From positions 1 through 64,000 of the forward strand of contig JAOPTX010000008.1 in assembly GCA_051532055.1 (NCBI GenBank): a stretch of DNA of 64,000 nucleotides. Reading direction: 5' to 3'. Made by a program: the position numbers and the translations under genes. Shown here in pieces: positions 47,983-57,990 of the stretch. This DNA comes from Fibrobacterales bacterium. Its GTDB lineage: Bacteria; Fibrobacterota; Fibrobacteria; Fibrobacterales; JAOPTW01. The notes under the pieces are model-generated. The model did not search any database and was not told the DNA's origin. It saw only the letters and a list, made by a program, of their open reading frames with translations. Position 1 is the stretch's first letter. Each line of letters opens with the position of its first letter.

Positions 47983-49914
47983 TCAAAAATAATAGTTTCC
48001 AACTATCCCAGAATGATACCACCAATTAAATGTTTCAACACTTAATCTCAATTCAATATCTCTATTGAGAGAGTATCTCATTTCGGATCTGCTTTCAATA
48101 GTATATATGCCACTGTATAATACGTTATAGTATACCGATGGTTCTATTAACAGAGAAAAATCTTGACCAAACGGCAATACCAACCCAGTCCGTAATTGCG
48201 GTCCAAGACCAAAACGAGAGAAATGAAAGTCATACTCACCCTTTACCTCTGCTAATGCAAATACCAATGCTGAGTGTATAAACGTTGATATTCCCCCACC
48301 CATTTCAATATCAAATACATAGTGATGAGATCGAGTTACATACAGTGGTTGCGTTACTTTTGAATCAATTCGCCATGATAATTGTTGTGTGTATACATTA
48401 AAGTTAACCAATGATTGAATTTGAAACGGACGAAAGAGTCTGAGTTGTATTGCATCATACCACTGTTCTGAATAGTGTAGTGGCACTGCTAACTGAATCT
48501 GGCCCACTTGAATTTGACTCCCTCTCAAAAAACCGTAGTGCCGGGCGTTTACATCATGAATTCCAAATCGATACTCAAATAATGCAGCGTGCTGGTCTCT
48601 AAAATTAAAATAACCTGCACTGATGCGAGATGGATCATGGGCCTGATGAGGGTACCCCTCCACAACAGTCTGCTCTTCATGTAAGCTGCTCGAAAAAGGT
48701 AACCGTTGTCTCAAAACCATCAACTGAAACAGATGGGGATTTTGAGGTTCATCTTTATAGGTATGAGTGAGTAATTGAATTACATTATCGAGTATATAAG
48801 GAGCTACGGCAAGTTCAGCGTCCAATGCGAGTGTCTTTTGGTACAGCGCTCCTTCATTACTGGTATACAATTCAAGAAGTGCATTTTTTTGCTCACTCAT
48901 AGTATCTATTGCACTTTCTAAATTTGAAAAGTGAGACCTCATAGGTACAATCTCTGAAACAATGGAGTCTGCAAGGAGTATTTGAATTGCTTCTATTGGA
49001 GTTGACACCCAATTTTTATGTTCAGTATAGTTACGCTGTGGCTGGGTGACCTGGAGTAAGGCAAGAATATTATACGCACAATTCTCAGTGAAAAAGTAGT
49101 AGTCTTTCCAGGAGCCTGCAATTTCCCAGAGGTGTTCAAAAAGGTAAATAAGTTGATCATTACTTAATTTCAGTTTGTATTCCCATAAATCTCTCTGTTC
49201 CATATTTAAATAGCGATCTATAAATGTTTTATAATTATAGAGATGAAACTGCCCTTTATAATACCCGAAAATACCTTTATAGATATAAGCGATTCCTGGA
49301 GCAGTTCCAACATCGGCAGAGAAATCAATTCCATATTCCATGGGGCTCCCCCCGCCCGGATCAATAACATCACTCGTTACCTTCAAAAAAAGATGCCCCA
49401 CCATAGAAGATGGGTTATTCATATACGCTGATGAAAACACGAGGGATAAGGCATTGGGAGATAGTACTTTGAGCCACTTCTTAAACGGTGCGGCATCCAC
49501 ATCAGGTAGGTGCCGAATATCAAATCCAAGGTTGGTATTCAAGAAACGATACCGTGCGGGGTATTGAACCAGAGGATGTACATTCCCCTTTTCGGTACTA
49601 ATTGAGTCTCGGCTATGAGGAGCAAAAAATGCCAAAAGTGTTGCATTGAGCTCATCTTCTGGGGATTTTTTCCCTTTGGCAGAAAGGAAAAAAGCGGGAT
49701 CATCAATCTCGCTGGTATATTCAGAACCATTCATTGAATAGTGGATAAGCTTATGCCAATCGGGATGGTTAGAGAGATCTAACTCGTGAGCACGGTTTAA
49801 ATAACTATTTACTGGATCAATACCTTCATTATACCCCATCGGTGAGGAATAGAGCGGTACAATACAAAATGCAATCAGTACTCGGAGCATGTATGTTTTT
49901 AGACGTATTGCCAT
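47983..49914 (-). CDS. Lnb/DUF4105-family protein (putative lipoprotein N-acyltransferase-like, C-terminal beta-barrel)
   Basis: W.KLIHY, SEIDDPAFFLS..GK.SP..EL.ATL, NNPSSMVGHLFL, EQRDLWEY.L, YYFFTENCAY; barrel ending in YYF. Confidence 0.8.
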   Translation of the reverse strand: MAIRLKTYMLRVLIAFCIVPLYSSPMGYNEGIDPVNSYLNRAHELDLSNHPDWHKLIHYSMNGSEYTSEIDDPAFFLSAKGKKSPEDELNATLLAFFAPHSRDSISTEKGNVHPLVQYPARYRFLNTNLGFDIRHLPDVDAAPFKKWLKVLSPNALSLVFSSAYMNNPSSMVGHLFLKVTSDVIDPGGGSPMEYGIDFSADVGTAPGIAYIYKGIFGYYKGQFHLYNYKTFIDRYLNMEQRDLWEYKLKLSNDQLIYLFEHLWEIAGSWKDYYFFTENCAYNILALLQVTQPQRNYTEHKNWVSTPIEAIQILLADSIVSEIVPMRSHFSNLESAIDTMSEQKNALLELYTSNEGALYQKTLALDAELAVAPYILDNVIQLLTHTYKDEPQNPHLFQLMVLRQRLPFSSSLHEEQTVVEGYPHQAHDPSRISAGYFNFRDQHAALFEYRFGIHDVNARHYGFLRGSQIQVGQIQLAVPLHYSEQWYDAIQLRLFRPFQIQSLVNFNVYTQQLSWRIDSKVTQPLYVTRSHHYVFDIEMGGGISTFIHSALVFALAEVKGEYDFHFSRFGLGPQLRTGLVLPFGQDFSLLIEPSVYYNVLYSGIYTIESRSEMRYSLNRDIELRLSVETFNWWYHSGIVGNYYF

Positions 49915-50011
49915 AGGTATTGAGGAGTATTAATCCAAATTGGTATTTATAAATATTAGCATTTAGCTATATTATGTCTTTAATCCTAAATTTAGAACAA
50001 AGGAACTATTT

Positions 50012-50605
50012 ATGCAGACCAGACTATTATTTTTACTCGCTTTATCCATTATCTTGAGTAACTGTACCGTACCTGTAAATATCAAACCAAAAGTTAAAAC
50101 ATCTCAATTCGATAAAATCCCTATGGAAATCGGCCTCAATGTTAAAGATTCCGAGATAACCCATAGAGCTTCGGGCCTATTTTTTGTTGGTTCGGCAAAT
50201 ACATTTGTGATTAATGTAGGTCAAGCATTAGACATGTCTGCTCAATCGTCATTCAAAGCTCTATTCGATGATGTTATTGTTATAGAAAACATAGAAGATA
50301 GAAGTGAACTTGAACCTAAATACACTGTGGTTCTTGTTCCTTACTTTAGTGAATACTATGTAAGCCAAACGATGTCGAGTGGTATGCATTTAAGACTCGA
50401 AGTACTCGATTCTAGTAAACAACGGTTATATAAAGACGACGTTACCGTTGTAGGCAGTGCAGGTCCATTAGTGGCTTCGACCTCTACATTTGGATTCTCT
50501 TCTGCAGCTGTTGCAATCGAAGCATCATCTTCTGAAGCTTTCGAAAAAGCGTTCCATCATTTATTAAGTAACCTGTTTCAAAATTTTAAGTTTGAGCAAA
50601 TCTAG
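50012..50605 (+). CDS. Hypothetical lipoprotein
   Basis: Lipobox-like LSNC, RBS AAGGA. Confidence 0.6.
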   Translation: MQTRLLFLLALSIILSNCTVPVNIKPKVKTSQFDKIPMEIGLNVKDSEITHRASGLFFVGSANTFVINVGQALDMSAQSSFKALFDDVIVIENIEDRSELEPKYTVVLVPYFSEYYVSQTMSSGMHLRLEVLDSSKQRLYKDDVTVVGSAGPLVASTSTFGFSSAAVAIEASSSEAFEKAFHHLLSNLFQNFKFEQI

Positions 50606-50667
50606 ATCTTTAATTCTACCTGTATTGAGTATGTCTCAGTACAGGTATGTTTCACTCTAAGGTAATT

Positions 50668-51570
50668 ATGAATATTAAAAGTAGCATTGTGTTATTGTTT
50701 TTGTTGTTGAGCTCGGTATCTGGTAAAATTGGATATCTTGGTTTTTCAGTTCACAAGGATGATGGACACTTTATCATTAAAACAATAACAGCAGGTTCTG
50801 AAGCTGAAAAAAATGGGCTCCATATTGGCGATCAACTCGTTAAAATAAATCAAACGAACCTTGCGGGTTTATCTGAATCTGAAGTTAAAACACTATTAAA
50901 AGGAGAACTCAAAAGTACCATTGAGCTTTCTGTAAAAGTACCGGGTGAAGACTCAGTAGCTGTACTTACACTGGTCTATCAAAAACCTGTGGTCATATCG
51001 CCCAACAAAAAGAATAGAGCGACCTACGAAGAAGTAGATTTTGAGGATGATTCACACCAGTCTGGGGCTCGCTTTAATCTTGGTGTGGGCTTTCGAATCG
51101 TTGATGGAGTTGTGGCCAGTTCAGGCGCATCAAATCCGCTCTTCATAAGTGCTGGTATATTCTATTTATCAGAATCATTCTGGTATGGAGATATCACCGG
51201 TAAAGCTGGATTAGGCGGCCATGCAGAGTCTGGGTCGAGTAACAATTCTCCCTATGATAATCAACAAAAGGCAACGCAAATGTTTTCATTTGCCTCGTAC
51301 GACATTAACGCCGGTGTAAAATACAATGCCAATCAAAAAATCACTCTATTTGCAGGCTCAGGGCTCTCATGGATTGGGTATGAATTAACCGGGACTGACT
51401 ATGATGATCATGGTACTACTTTTGGATATAATTTCACTTTTGGTTTTCACTACTTTTTATCCAAAAGAATTATAAGTGGTGAACTCAATTTATACAACAC
51501 TGATCTTGAGTTCAAAACGACAAAAAGCCAGTCTTTATATCCTGGTATTACAGCACGCTACTCATTTTAG
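50668..51570 (+). CDS. PDZ domain + outer-membrane beta-barrel protein
   Basis: Signal peptide; PDZ pattern GYLGF...GSEAEKNGLHIGDQLVKIN; amphipathic strands ending ARYSF; start 50668 or 50647. Confidence 0.65.
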   Translation: MNIKSSIVLLFLLLSSVSGKIGYLGFSVHKDDGHFIIKTITAGSEAEKNGLHIGDQLVKINQTNLAGLSESEVKTLLKGELKSTIELSVKVPGEDSVAVLTLVYQKPVVISPNKKNRATYEEVDFEDDSHQSGARFNLGVGFRIVDGVVASSGASNPLFISAGIFYLSESFWYGDITGKAGLGGHAESGSSNNSPYDNQQKATQMFSFASYDINAGVKYNANQKITLFAGSGLSWIGYELTGTDYDDHGTTFGYNFTFGFHYFLSKRIISGELNLYNTDLEFKTTKSQSLYPGITARYSF

Positions 51571-51700
51571 TCAACATCGTCACTCATATGCTCTGGGTCA
51601 TAGATACTAACAGTGCTATTTCGGGAGGATTACTCTTCTATTAATAGACAAGACATCATTGTTGTTTAATACTCAACTCAGCAATTAACGAATGTTAAAA

Positions 51701-51728
51701 GTTGAGTTGAGTTGAGTTGAGTTGAGTT
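51701..51728. repeat. (GTTGA)5 pentanucleotide repeat
   Basis: GTTGA x5 + GTT, with an inverted copy ACTCAACTCA at 51671-51680. Confidence 0.85.
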
Positions 51729-51779
51729 AGAATCGTTGTAGTCATTGACTACAACGTTGTCTCATAATTGTATTATTCA

Positions 51780-52757
51780 TCAAAAATTTGGTTTTCTATT
51801 CCAATAGTAATCGCTGTCATTATCCCCATTAATTATAAATCTTGAATCCAATGCCCTATCCTGAGTTGATGTCAACGACCATTCAACATTCGTTCCTCTT
51901 TGAACCCATTCATGCACATCTTCTGTTAGGTATAATCTTTCATCTTCATTACCATACATTTTAATTTTAATTTTTTCAGGTAACCAGGGGTCGTTTCCTG
52001 TATACTCTACACTTCCTTGTTGCGGCGCTAAAATCATTTTCTTAATTTTTAACCTAAAAGGGTACGTTTGTTTGTTTGACCAAAAAGGGTGGGTATTCGG
52101 ATAATCAATATATCCAAGGTCCATATCTGCTTGACTCAAAAAATCTGTCTGATTATTAAAGTTTATATCATAATAGAATACATCTCTGTCTCCGGCCCTT
52201 AAGTCGTTATCAGCAGGGTCATTTAGGTTAAATAATACAGTCCATTCTGCTGTACGTTTTGGGGAATTAAGTCCGCACTGAATAAATCTAGGATATGAGA
52301 AGACAATTTTTTGTTTACAAGTACTTGGGTAATATTCTACATAAAAAACAACTCCAAGTAGAGGGTGCATAGTAGTTCCCGCTCCAGACGCTGTAGAGGT
52401 ATATGTTTCAATTATGATACTTAAATGATTATTAACAGGGTGAAATGAAAACTCTGCTTTATCATAAACTTGGCGGACATCTCTATTTTTTCCATTCCAA
52501 TACAAAGGCTCTACTTGGTTCCAATACGGGTCAGGGTCATAATTAAATCTACTTATTGTTTTAGCAGCAATTTGTCCATTATCTTCTGGAATCACCATTT
52601 CTAAAACATCTGATTGATCAACGGTACCATCTGGATTTTCTATCACTTTTTCTTTGATCTCAGTTTCTGACACTTCCGATGTCACACCTCCAACATCACA
52701 TCCCATGCTGAGTAAAGGTATCGCAAAAACTAATATAAGTTTCTTATTAATTAACAT
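51780..52757 (-). CDS. Lipoprotein with possible PLAT/LH2-like C-terminal domain
   Basis: Lipobox SMGC; NDLRAGDRDVF and DPWLPEKIKI resemble PLAT motifs; RBS AGGAG. Confidence 0.55.
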   Translation of the reverse strand: MLINKKLILVFAIPLLSMGCDVGGVTSEVSETEIKEKVIENPDGTVDQSDVLEMVIPEDNGQIAAKTISRFNYDPDPYWNQVEPLYWNGKNRDVRQVYDKAEFSFHPVNNHLSIIIETYTSTASGAGTTMHPLLGVVFYVEYYPSTCKQKIVFSYPRFIQCGLNSPKRTAEWTVLFNLNDPADNDLRAGDRDVFYYDINFNNQTDFLSQADMDLGYIDYPNTHPFWSNKQTYPFRLKIKKMILAPQQGSVEYTGNDPWLPEKIKIKMYGNEDERLYLTEDVHEWVQRGTNVEWSLTSTQDRALDSRFIINGDNDSDYYWNRKPNF

Positions 52758-53180
52758 TTATTCAATCTCCTAAAATATTTTCATTGTGTATAAAAGGTTT
52801 AATACAATACATAGATACTCGTGTAGTTAGCCGGACTAATATCTGCCCGAACGTTAATTTCTATATAGTGTGAGATAAATTTATTAACATCTTATAACCT
52901 AACAGCACAACGAGACTCAGACTAGACAAATTTTGTACACAGCCTGTGAACAAGTATCATATTATATCATCCCACTATAATCAGTCCTATTAGTAACAGC
53001 TCACATAGCTAGATACGACTCATTATACCAACCTTAGTTTTTAGGGAGGATTACAGTTCAAATACGTTTTGTTATTTGTACAAGCTCATTCCAGTGTTTA
53101 AATAGCAAATCAGCTGTAGATATTATCTGAATAGGCTATCCATGCAGGGAGCACTGTAAGCCTCAGGAGTAAGAACAACA

Positions 53181-53309
53181 ATGCGTGTCAACGAGCTCTT
53201 ATGGATTAGGGCATTGTTTGTTACCAATGTCAAAAAATGCGACTGGAAAGTCATCACTGAGATTACGGGCCTTTCCCGTCAAAAATTCCAAAGCATTAAG
53301 AAATTGTGA
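53181..53309 (+). pseudogene. 42-aa ORF resembling the C-terminal tail of Rpn/YhgA-like PD-(D/E)XK proteins
   Basis: Hand translation MRVNELLWIRALFVTNVKKCDWKVITEITGLSRQKFQSIKKL; AGGAG at 53165-53169; in-frame TAA at 53157. Confidence 0.4.
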
Positions 53310-53325
53310 GAATCAGAATCCCCTA

Positions 53326-54966
53326 CTACGGCGCAATCACCGTACTGAAATCTTCTGCAGGGCGCCACATTCCCTCTGCACCCTGAGTAATAGCATCTGA
53401 AACGATCCTCCCGGGATAGCGGCCGGTATTATCTAAGACAACACCGGGGGCACTGCTAGAATAGAGAAAGTCATAGCCAAATACTAACCCTGATCGATCG
53501 GCAATCTGAGAGGTATTTTTAGTGAGATTTAATACGATTTCATCAGAAGACAATGCACGATTCCATAAGCGTACATTATCAACACTGCAGGCGCTATACC
53601 AGGTATAGTGACCCCCAACAACATTTGAGCTTGCTCCAATTAGATTATCGGTACGAGGCATTGAGTCTGGCAATGCATTTTTTTCGGTATACTCAGAATA
53701 AATTGCACTGCCATTTATATACACAGACAAAAGGGTATCAGGAGTAACCGTCACTGCAATATGATTCCATTCATCATTTTCTATAGCAACGGGAATAATT
53801 TCAGTACTCTTTGTATCAACAGAGAGAGAGGGGTCTAATGCATTAAATACTTTATAGTGAAGACTGGGAGTATCCTTCCAAGGCCCCAACACCAATTCAA
53901 TACGAAACTGATCATTACCCTCTGCAGACAGACTCATTAAGCTAGAAAAACGGTATATGTCTGAATTCTGTACCCACAGTTCCATAGTAATACCATATTG
54001 AGGCCAATTCTTATCGATGGTCTCATCAATAGCGATATATTCATCAATGCCATTCAGGTGAAGTGTCTGTGTATCATCACTATACGCGCTACTTGAAATA
54101 GCTTCCTCAGACGAGGATAGGCTTTGAACAGAAGAATTGAAAGAACTCGAAGATACTTCAGAACTTGATTCGCTCCCCATGGATGGAGGCGCATCAACAC
54201 TTGACTCTTCAAAATCTACACTACTTGAACTGCTCGAACTAACCGCACTACTTGAACTGAATGAACTACTTGAGTTGCTTGAAGGAGCCGCACTAACCTC
54301 TGCATATATCTCTGTCAGGGTATCATTGGCGGTAATCTTAAAATACTCTGTATCAAAAGGAGCTTCTGCAACTTCCTCATCTACCAACAAGAGAGGGGTA
54401 TAGTAACCCGGCGGCACATCTGAAAAAGTAACGATGACCCAAGAATCGTTTATTATTACCTGTGCACTATAAGTTGTGTTGTACAGTGACACAACTCCCG
54501 CTTCTGCATCCTCTGAATAAGGAAAAGTGATTACGAGCTCCCCAGTCTTTTTGAGAGTATCGTTCACTGGCTCTGAAGCATCCGCTTCTATCGTGACTCT
54601 CCCTTTGTACAATCCTTGCTTATCAGTTGCATAGTCAATTTCTAGAGCATAGCTTTTGTCGGGAATGTCTTCTATAACATAAGTACCATCATTATCAGTG
54701 GTGGCTGTCAAAACAGACTCTTCCTCTTTATGCATAGCACCCCGAGGCACTAACCGAACCTTAGCGTTATAGGCAGGCTGCCCATCAACAGTGTAGACCG
54801 TGCCCGCAATTGAGCCTCCAGATTCAATATCAGTAATCCCGAGCTCGCCCCGTTCGGCCACAGTACACGCACTCAAAACGTACACAAATAAGAGTGCAAA
54901 AACACCTCTGTAGTGATCATAAAAAAACATGATATAGCCCTGCTTGTCTTGACTTACACTCGGCAC
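53326..54966 (-). CDS. Lipoprotein: carboxypeptidase-regulatory-like domain, Ser stalk, LamG-like domain (true start probably about 54930)
   Basis: Lipobox LSAC; GSIAGTV...TTDNDGTY; ITMELWV, WNHIAVTV, YING, DNVRLWN. Confidence 0.75.
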   Translation of the reverse strand: MPSVSQDKQGYIMFFYDHYRGVFALLFVYVLSACTVAERGELGITDIESGGSIAGTVYTVDGQPAYNAKVRLVPRGAMHKEEESVLTATTDNDGTYVIEDIPDKSYALEIDYATDKQGLYKGRVTIEADASEPVNDTLKKTGELVITFPYSEDAEAGVVSLYNTTYSAQVIINDSWVIVTFSDVPPGYYTPLLLVDEEVAEAPFDTEYFKITANDTLTEIYAEVSAAPSSNSSSSFSSSSAVSSSSSSSVDFEESSVDAPPSMGSESSSEVSSSSFNSSVQSLSSSEEAISSSAYSDDTQTLHLNGIDEYIAIDETIDKNWPQYGITMELWVQNSDIYRFSSLMSLSAEGNDQFRIELVLGPWKDTPSLHYKVFNALDPSLSVDTKSTEIIPVAIENDEWNHIAVTVTPDTLLSVYINGSAIYSEYTEKNALPDSMPRTDNLIGASSNVVGGHYTWYSACSVDNVRLWNRALSSDEIVLNLTKNTSQIADRSGLVFGYDFLYSSSAPGVVLDNTGRYPGRIVSDAITQGAEGMWRPAEDFSTVIAP

Positions 54967-55172
54967 AACGGCCGTCTCCCAAAGTCATTCAATTGATAAT
55001 CTGTCGCCCAGCCCATAATATAACCGAAAACACATTTTTATGCTTCTCAATTGAATGAATACTCCAGTAAACAGACAATTCTAACTTCTAAAAAATCAAA
55101 TAACACAAGAATCGTTGCTATTCAAAGGACATTGCAGAAAACGATATATGAGAACAAACACTATATAAAAGC

Positions 55173-56603
55173 TTACGGTGCAAATTGTGGTGTTCTCACC
55201 GAACCATTCACCTCAAACACTACATCTTTAATAATGACGGTACCTTTCGTATCATCACCTATTTCACTACCGATCTCGAAACGCGTCACCCAATATTCAT
55301 CAGATATGCCTGCGGTAGTAACCAACCAATCAAGAGCGACTTTCACATCAAGGACCCCAGTAAATTCATTCATAGAACCATCATCTGCTCTAAACTGATA
55401 ATACTTCCAGTCACCCGACCCCCAACTATCATCTTGGTGACACAGTGTATACTTTTCTGTGCCCGCATCCAAGGTAATACCAGTACCAAATTTACTCTCC
55501 ATTTTGCTACGATCGCATTTCCACCGGCCAGAATGCCAACCCCAAAAAGTCATTAGTTCTACTTTAGGCTGTGGCTGATTGGTAGTGGTTGGATCATATT
55601 TAGTGAGCCACATCTCAAAATTCACATTCCAACTTTTACTCTTTTCAAGATCGATAGCAAGTGAATCTATAGTAATTGTTGCACTCATGATATTCTTCAC
55701 TTGCAATGGAAGAATTGCAGTACTTGAACGAGTTGGTGACGCTGTTCTATCACTATTATTGAAAGGAGAGGCACCGATCTCAATCTCCGGATAATCAGGA
55801 GTATTATGGGGGTGACTCGGTTGACATGCTCCTCTATCGAATTCCCAGCCAAAGCGATACTCTGCATCGACAAATATTTCGTAATCCGAATCACATTTCA
55901 ATAGTTCAGACCCCCAGGTATTCCTAAAGAGCTCAATGTCTCCCATATGAACACGTGCCCAATCTGAATCTTTTGAAATCGGTACCGTAACAGTTCCGGG
56001 GTGCCCGCTCACAGCACTTGAAAAACTCACAACTGAACTACTTGATGATACAGATGATGATATGGATGAAGAACTCACTGGTAGGCTACTTGAGCTTGAT
56101 GACCGTGAACTACTTACTGTGACACTACTAGAACTCACAGGAACCGATGTACTACTTGACAGAGAACTACTGATGAGTGAGATACTTGATGAAACGGTAG
56201 TGACTGAGCTTTGTGTTTGCGCTGAACTTAGGAGTGAATCAGGTTGAGCACTGGAAGAGTTACCCTGACTCCCCTGAGAATCGTTGGTTGAAGAGCTACC
56301 GCCCGTAGCTCCAGGATCTGAAGTACGCACACTTGAGCTACTTTGAACACTCGAATTAGGTAGCTCAACAGCAGATGAGGATACCAGAGGAGCACTACTA
56401 CTCGGGTTACTGTCTGTTGCTGCAGAGAGACTTGAAGATACGCTCACGTCAGTTGTGGTAGTATCATCGGGTATGGTTGCTCCTATCTGGTGCGAGCTGC
56501 TGGGTAGTGGTGATGGTGTACTCGTAGGTGAGCTATTTGAATCATTACATCCTAAGAAGCTTAACAATGCTGTAAGGATGATAACTAGGTAGGGGTGAAT
56601 CAT
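55173..56603 (-). CDS. Ser-stalk lipoprotein with GH12-like glycoside hydrolase domain
   Basis: Lipobox FLGC; NTWG, YPEI, WNVNFEMWL, ELM (nucleophile-like), FEIGSE (acid/base-like). Confidence 0.7.
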   Translation of the reverse strand: MIHPYLVIILTALLSFLGCNDSNSSPTSTPSPLPSSSHQIGATIPDDTTTTDVSVSSSLSAATDSNPSSSAPLVSSSAVELPNSSVQSSSSVRTSDPGATGGSSSTNDSQGSQGNSSSAQPDSLLSSAQTQSSVTTVSSSISLISSSLSSSTSVPVSSSSVTVSSSRSSSSSSLPVSSSSISSSVSSSSSVVSFSSAVSGHPGTVTVPISKDSDWARVHMGDIELFRNTWGSELLKCDSDYEIFVDAEYRFGWEFDRGACQPSHPHNTPDYPEIEIGASPFNNSDRTASPTRSSTAILPLQVKNIMSATITIDSLAIDLEKSKSWNVNFEMWLTKYDPTTTNQPQPKVELMTFWGWHSGRWKCDRSKMESKFGTGITLDAGTEKYTLCHQDDSWGSGDWKYYQFRADDGSMNEFTGVLDVKVALDWLVTTAGISDEYWVTRFEIGSEIGDDTKGTVIIKDVVFEVNGSVRTPQFAP

Positions 56604-56710
56604 AGTTATTATCTCTATTTTATGTATGGTGAGATAAATATAGCCATTAACTATCCAGATCAGTATTGTGATCTGGCTAATAAAAATAGTAAGCGATTTT
56701 TATGGATAAT

Positions 56711-57868
56711 TTATTGAACAAAATCCATATCCTTCCCAATAGTGATATTGTCAAAATAGACCACACGCTTGTCCGCAGTAGTCTCTTTAGCGTTCCACTT
56801 AGGGCAATAGAGTCCCCACTTGATATAATTTTTCCGCTCACTCGCTAATGAAAAGAGTGTCGGAATATCGAGTTTTTCTAACACCTGAGTATACTTGGTT
56901 TCTGTCTGTAACTTATGCCAAACGGCAAAAGATCCATCAGGAGCACTTGACCATACTATGTTAAAAATAAAATCATTCCATACTCCCTCTACAAGAGACG
57001 TCACCGTCTCCTGTCCTTTAAAACCATCATAGCTATGGCGAAGAATAAACTCTTTTCGCTTTATTCCAAAAAAGATATGCGGGCCACCACCGACCCCGGT
57101 CATTTTCCATTGATACAGAATATCTTCATTCGCACCATCATCAACCCACCCTTCAGGTATATACACACTCATTCTATAGTAAAGGCTATCCCCTTCCGTA
57201 AACATCGCGCCCTCCACATCCAGTGCATCATTCTCAGAACGGGTTCCGTTAAACGCCAAATTGTCACTACTGCGAAGTTCAAACCGCGCTGAATACTTTC
57301 CTGAGCGTACAATGGTCTCATCAATAGTCGCACTATACTCTTTTGTTGTATCATGCCCCAGGCCAAGGGTTTCACTCTTCAGTAAGCCATCTTCATAATC
57401 AATATGATAGAGATATGTTTCGGGATTAATGGAGCAAACAGGGCCCTCGTGACAGTCAGGGTCATAACAATCCATCAAGCCATCCGCGTCATTATCAATC
57501 ATATCATCACATACACGTTCTACAGTATCAACATCACTACGAGAGCTGCTCACCTGCTCTATACTACTACTCCCTTGTTCTATAGCACTACTGAAATCGG
57601 TAACGACACTTGATTCATGCGAAGAGATTGTTGAATATACGGATGAAGAGAATTCTGAACTACTTTCACTTTCATGTGATAGCGGTAATAACGTATTACT
57701 TGAAAGGTCTTCCGAACTCTCGTCATCTATTGCTGAGCTTATTTCATCCGAGCTCAGTTCCTTTGAATCTGAACTCAATTCAGTATGAGCGATGACGCTC
57801 TCTTTTGTTGAAAAACAACCTGTTATGGCTAATAGAATGATTATTTGTAGTGCGACTAAATACGACAT
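56711..57868 (-). CDS. Ser-stalk lipoprotein with one Cys/Asp repeat and a polysaccharide-lyase-like (heparin lyase I/PF14099-type) domain
   Basis: Lipobox ITGC; CDDMIDNDADGLMDCYDPDC; GKYSARFEL, RSE, QWK, GVWNDF, YIKWGLY. Confidence 0.7.
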   Translation of the reverse strand: MSYLVALQIIILLAITGCFSTKESVIAHTELSSDSKELSSDEISSAIDDESSEDLSSNTLLPLSHESESSSEFSSSVYSTISSHESSVVTDFSSAIEQGSSSIEQVSSSRSDVDTVERVCDDMIDNDADGLMDCYDPDCHEGPVCSINPETYLYHIDYEDGLLKSETLGLGHDTTKEYSATIDETIVRSGKYSARFELRSSDNLAFNGTRSENDALDVEGAMFTEGDSLYYRMSVYIPEGWVDDGANEDILYQWKMTGVGGGPHIFFGIKRKEFILRHSYDGFKGQETVTSLVEGVWNDFIFNIVWSSAPDGSFAVWHKLQTETKYTQVLEKLDIPTLFSLASERKNYIKWGLYCPKWNAKETTADKRVVYFDNITIGKDMDFVQ

Positions 57869-57990
57869 ATTCCCCCAAAGATTAAATCAATATAGTGTGT
57901 GTGTTGTGCACTTAAAAATAAATTATTTGCGTCCTTTCAGAACAAACCATAGTAGCTACCATTCAATGAATGTTTATATACTGTGCTTAT

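Noticed and set aside
53185..53400. 71-aa plus-strand ORF in the track
   Set aside because: Overlaps the convergent lipoprotein gene end; the alternative frame at 53181 has an ATG, an RBS and a more protein-like sequence
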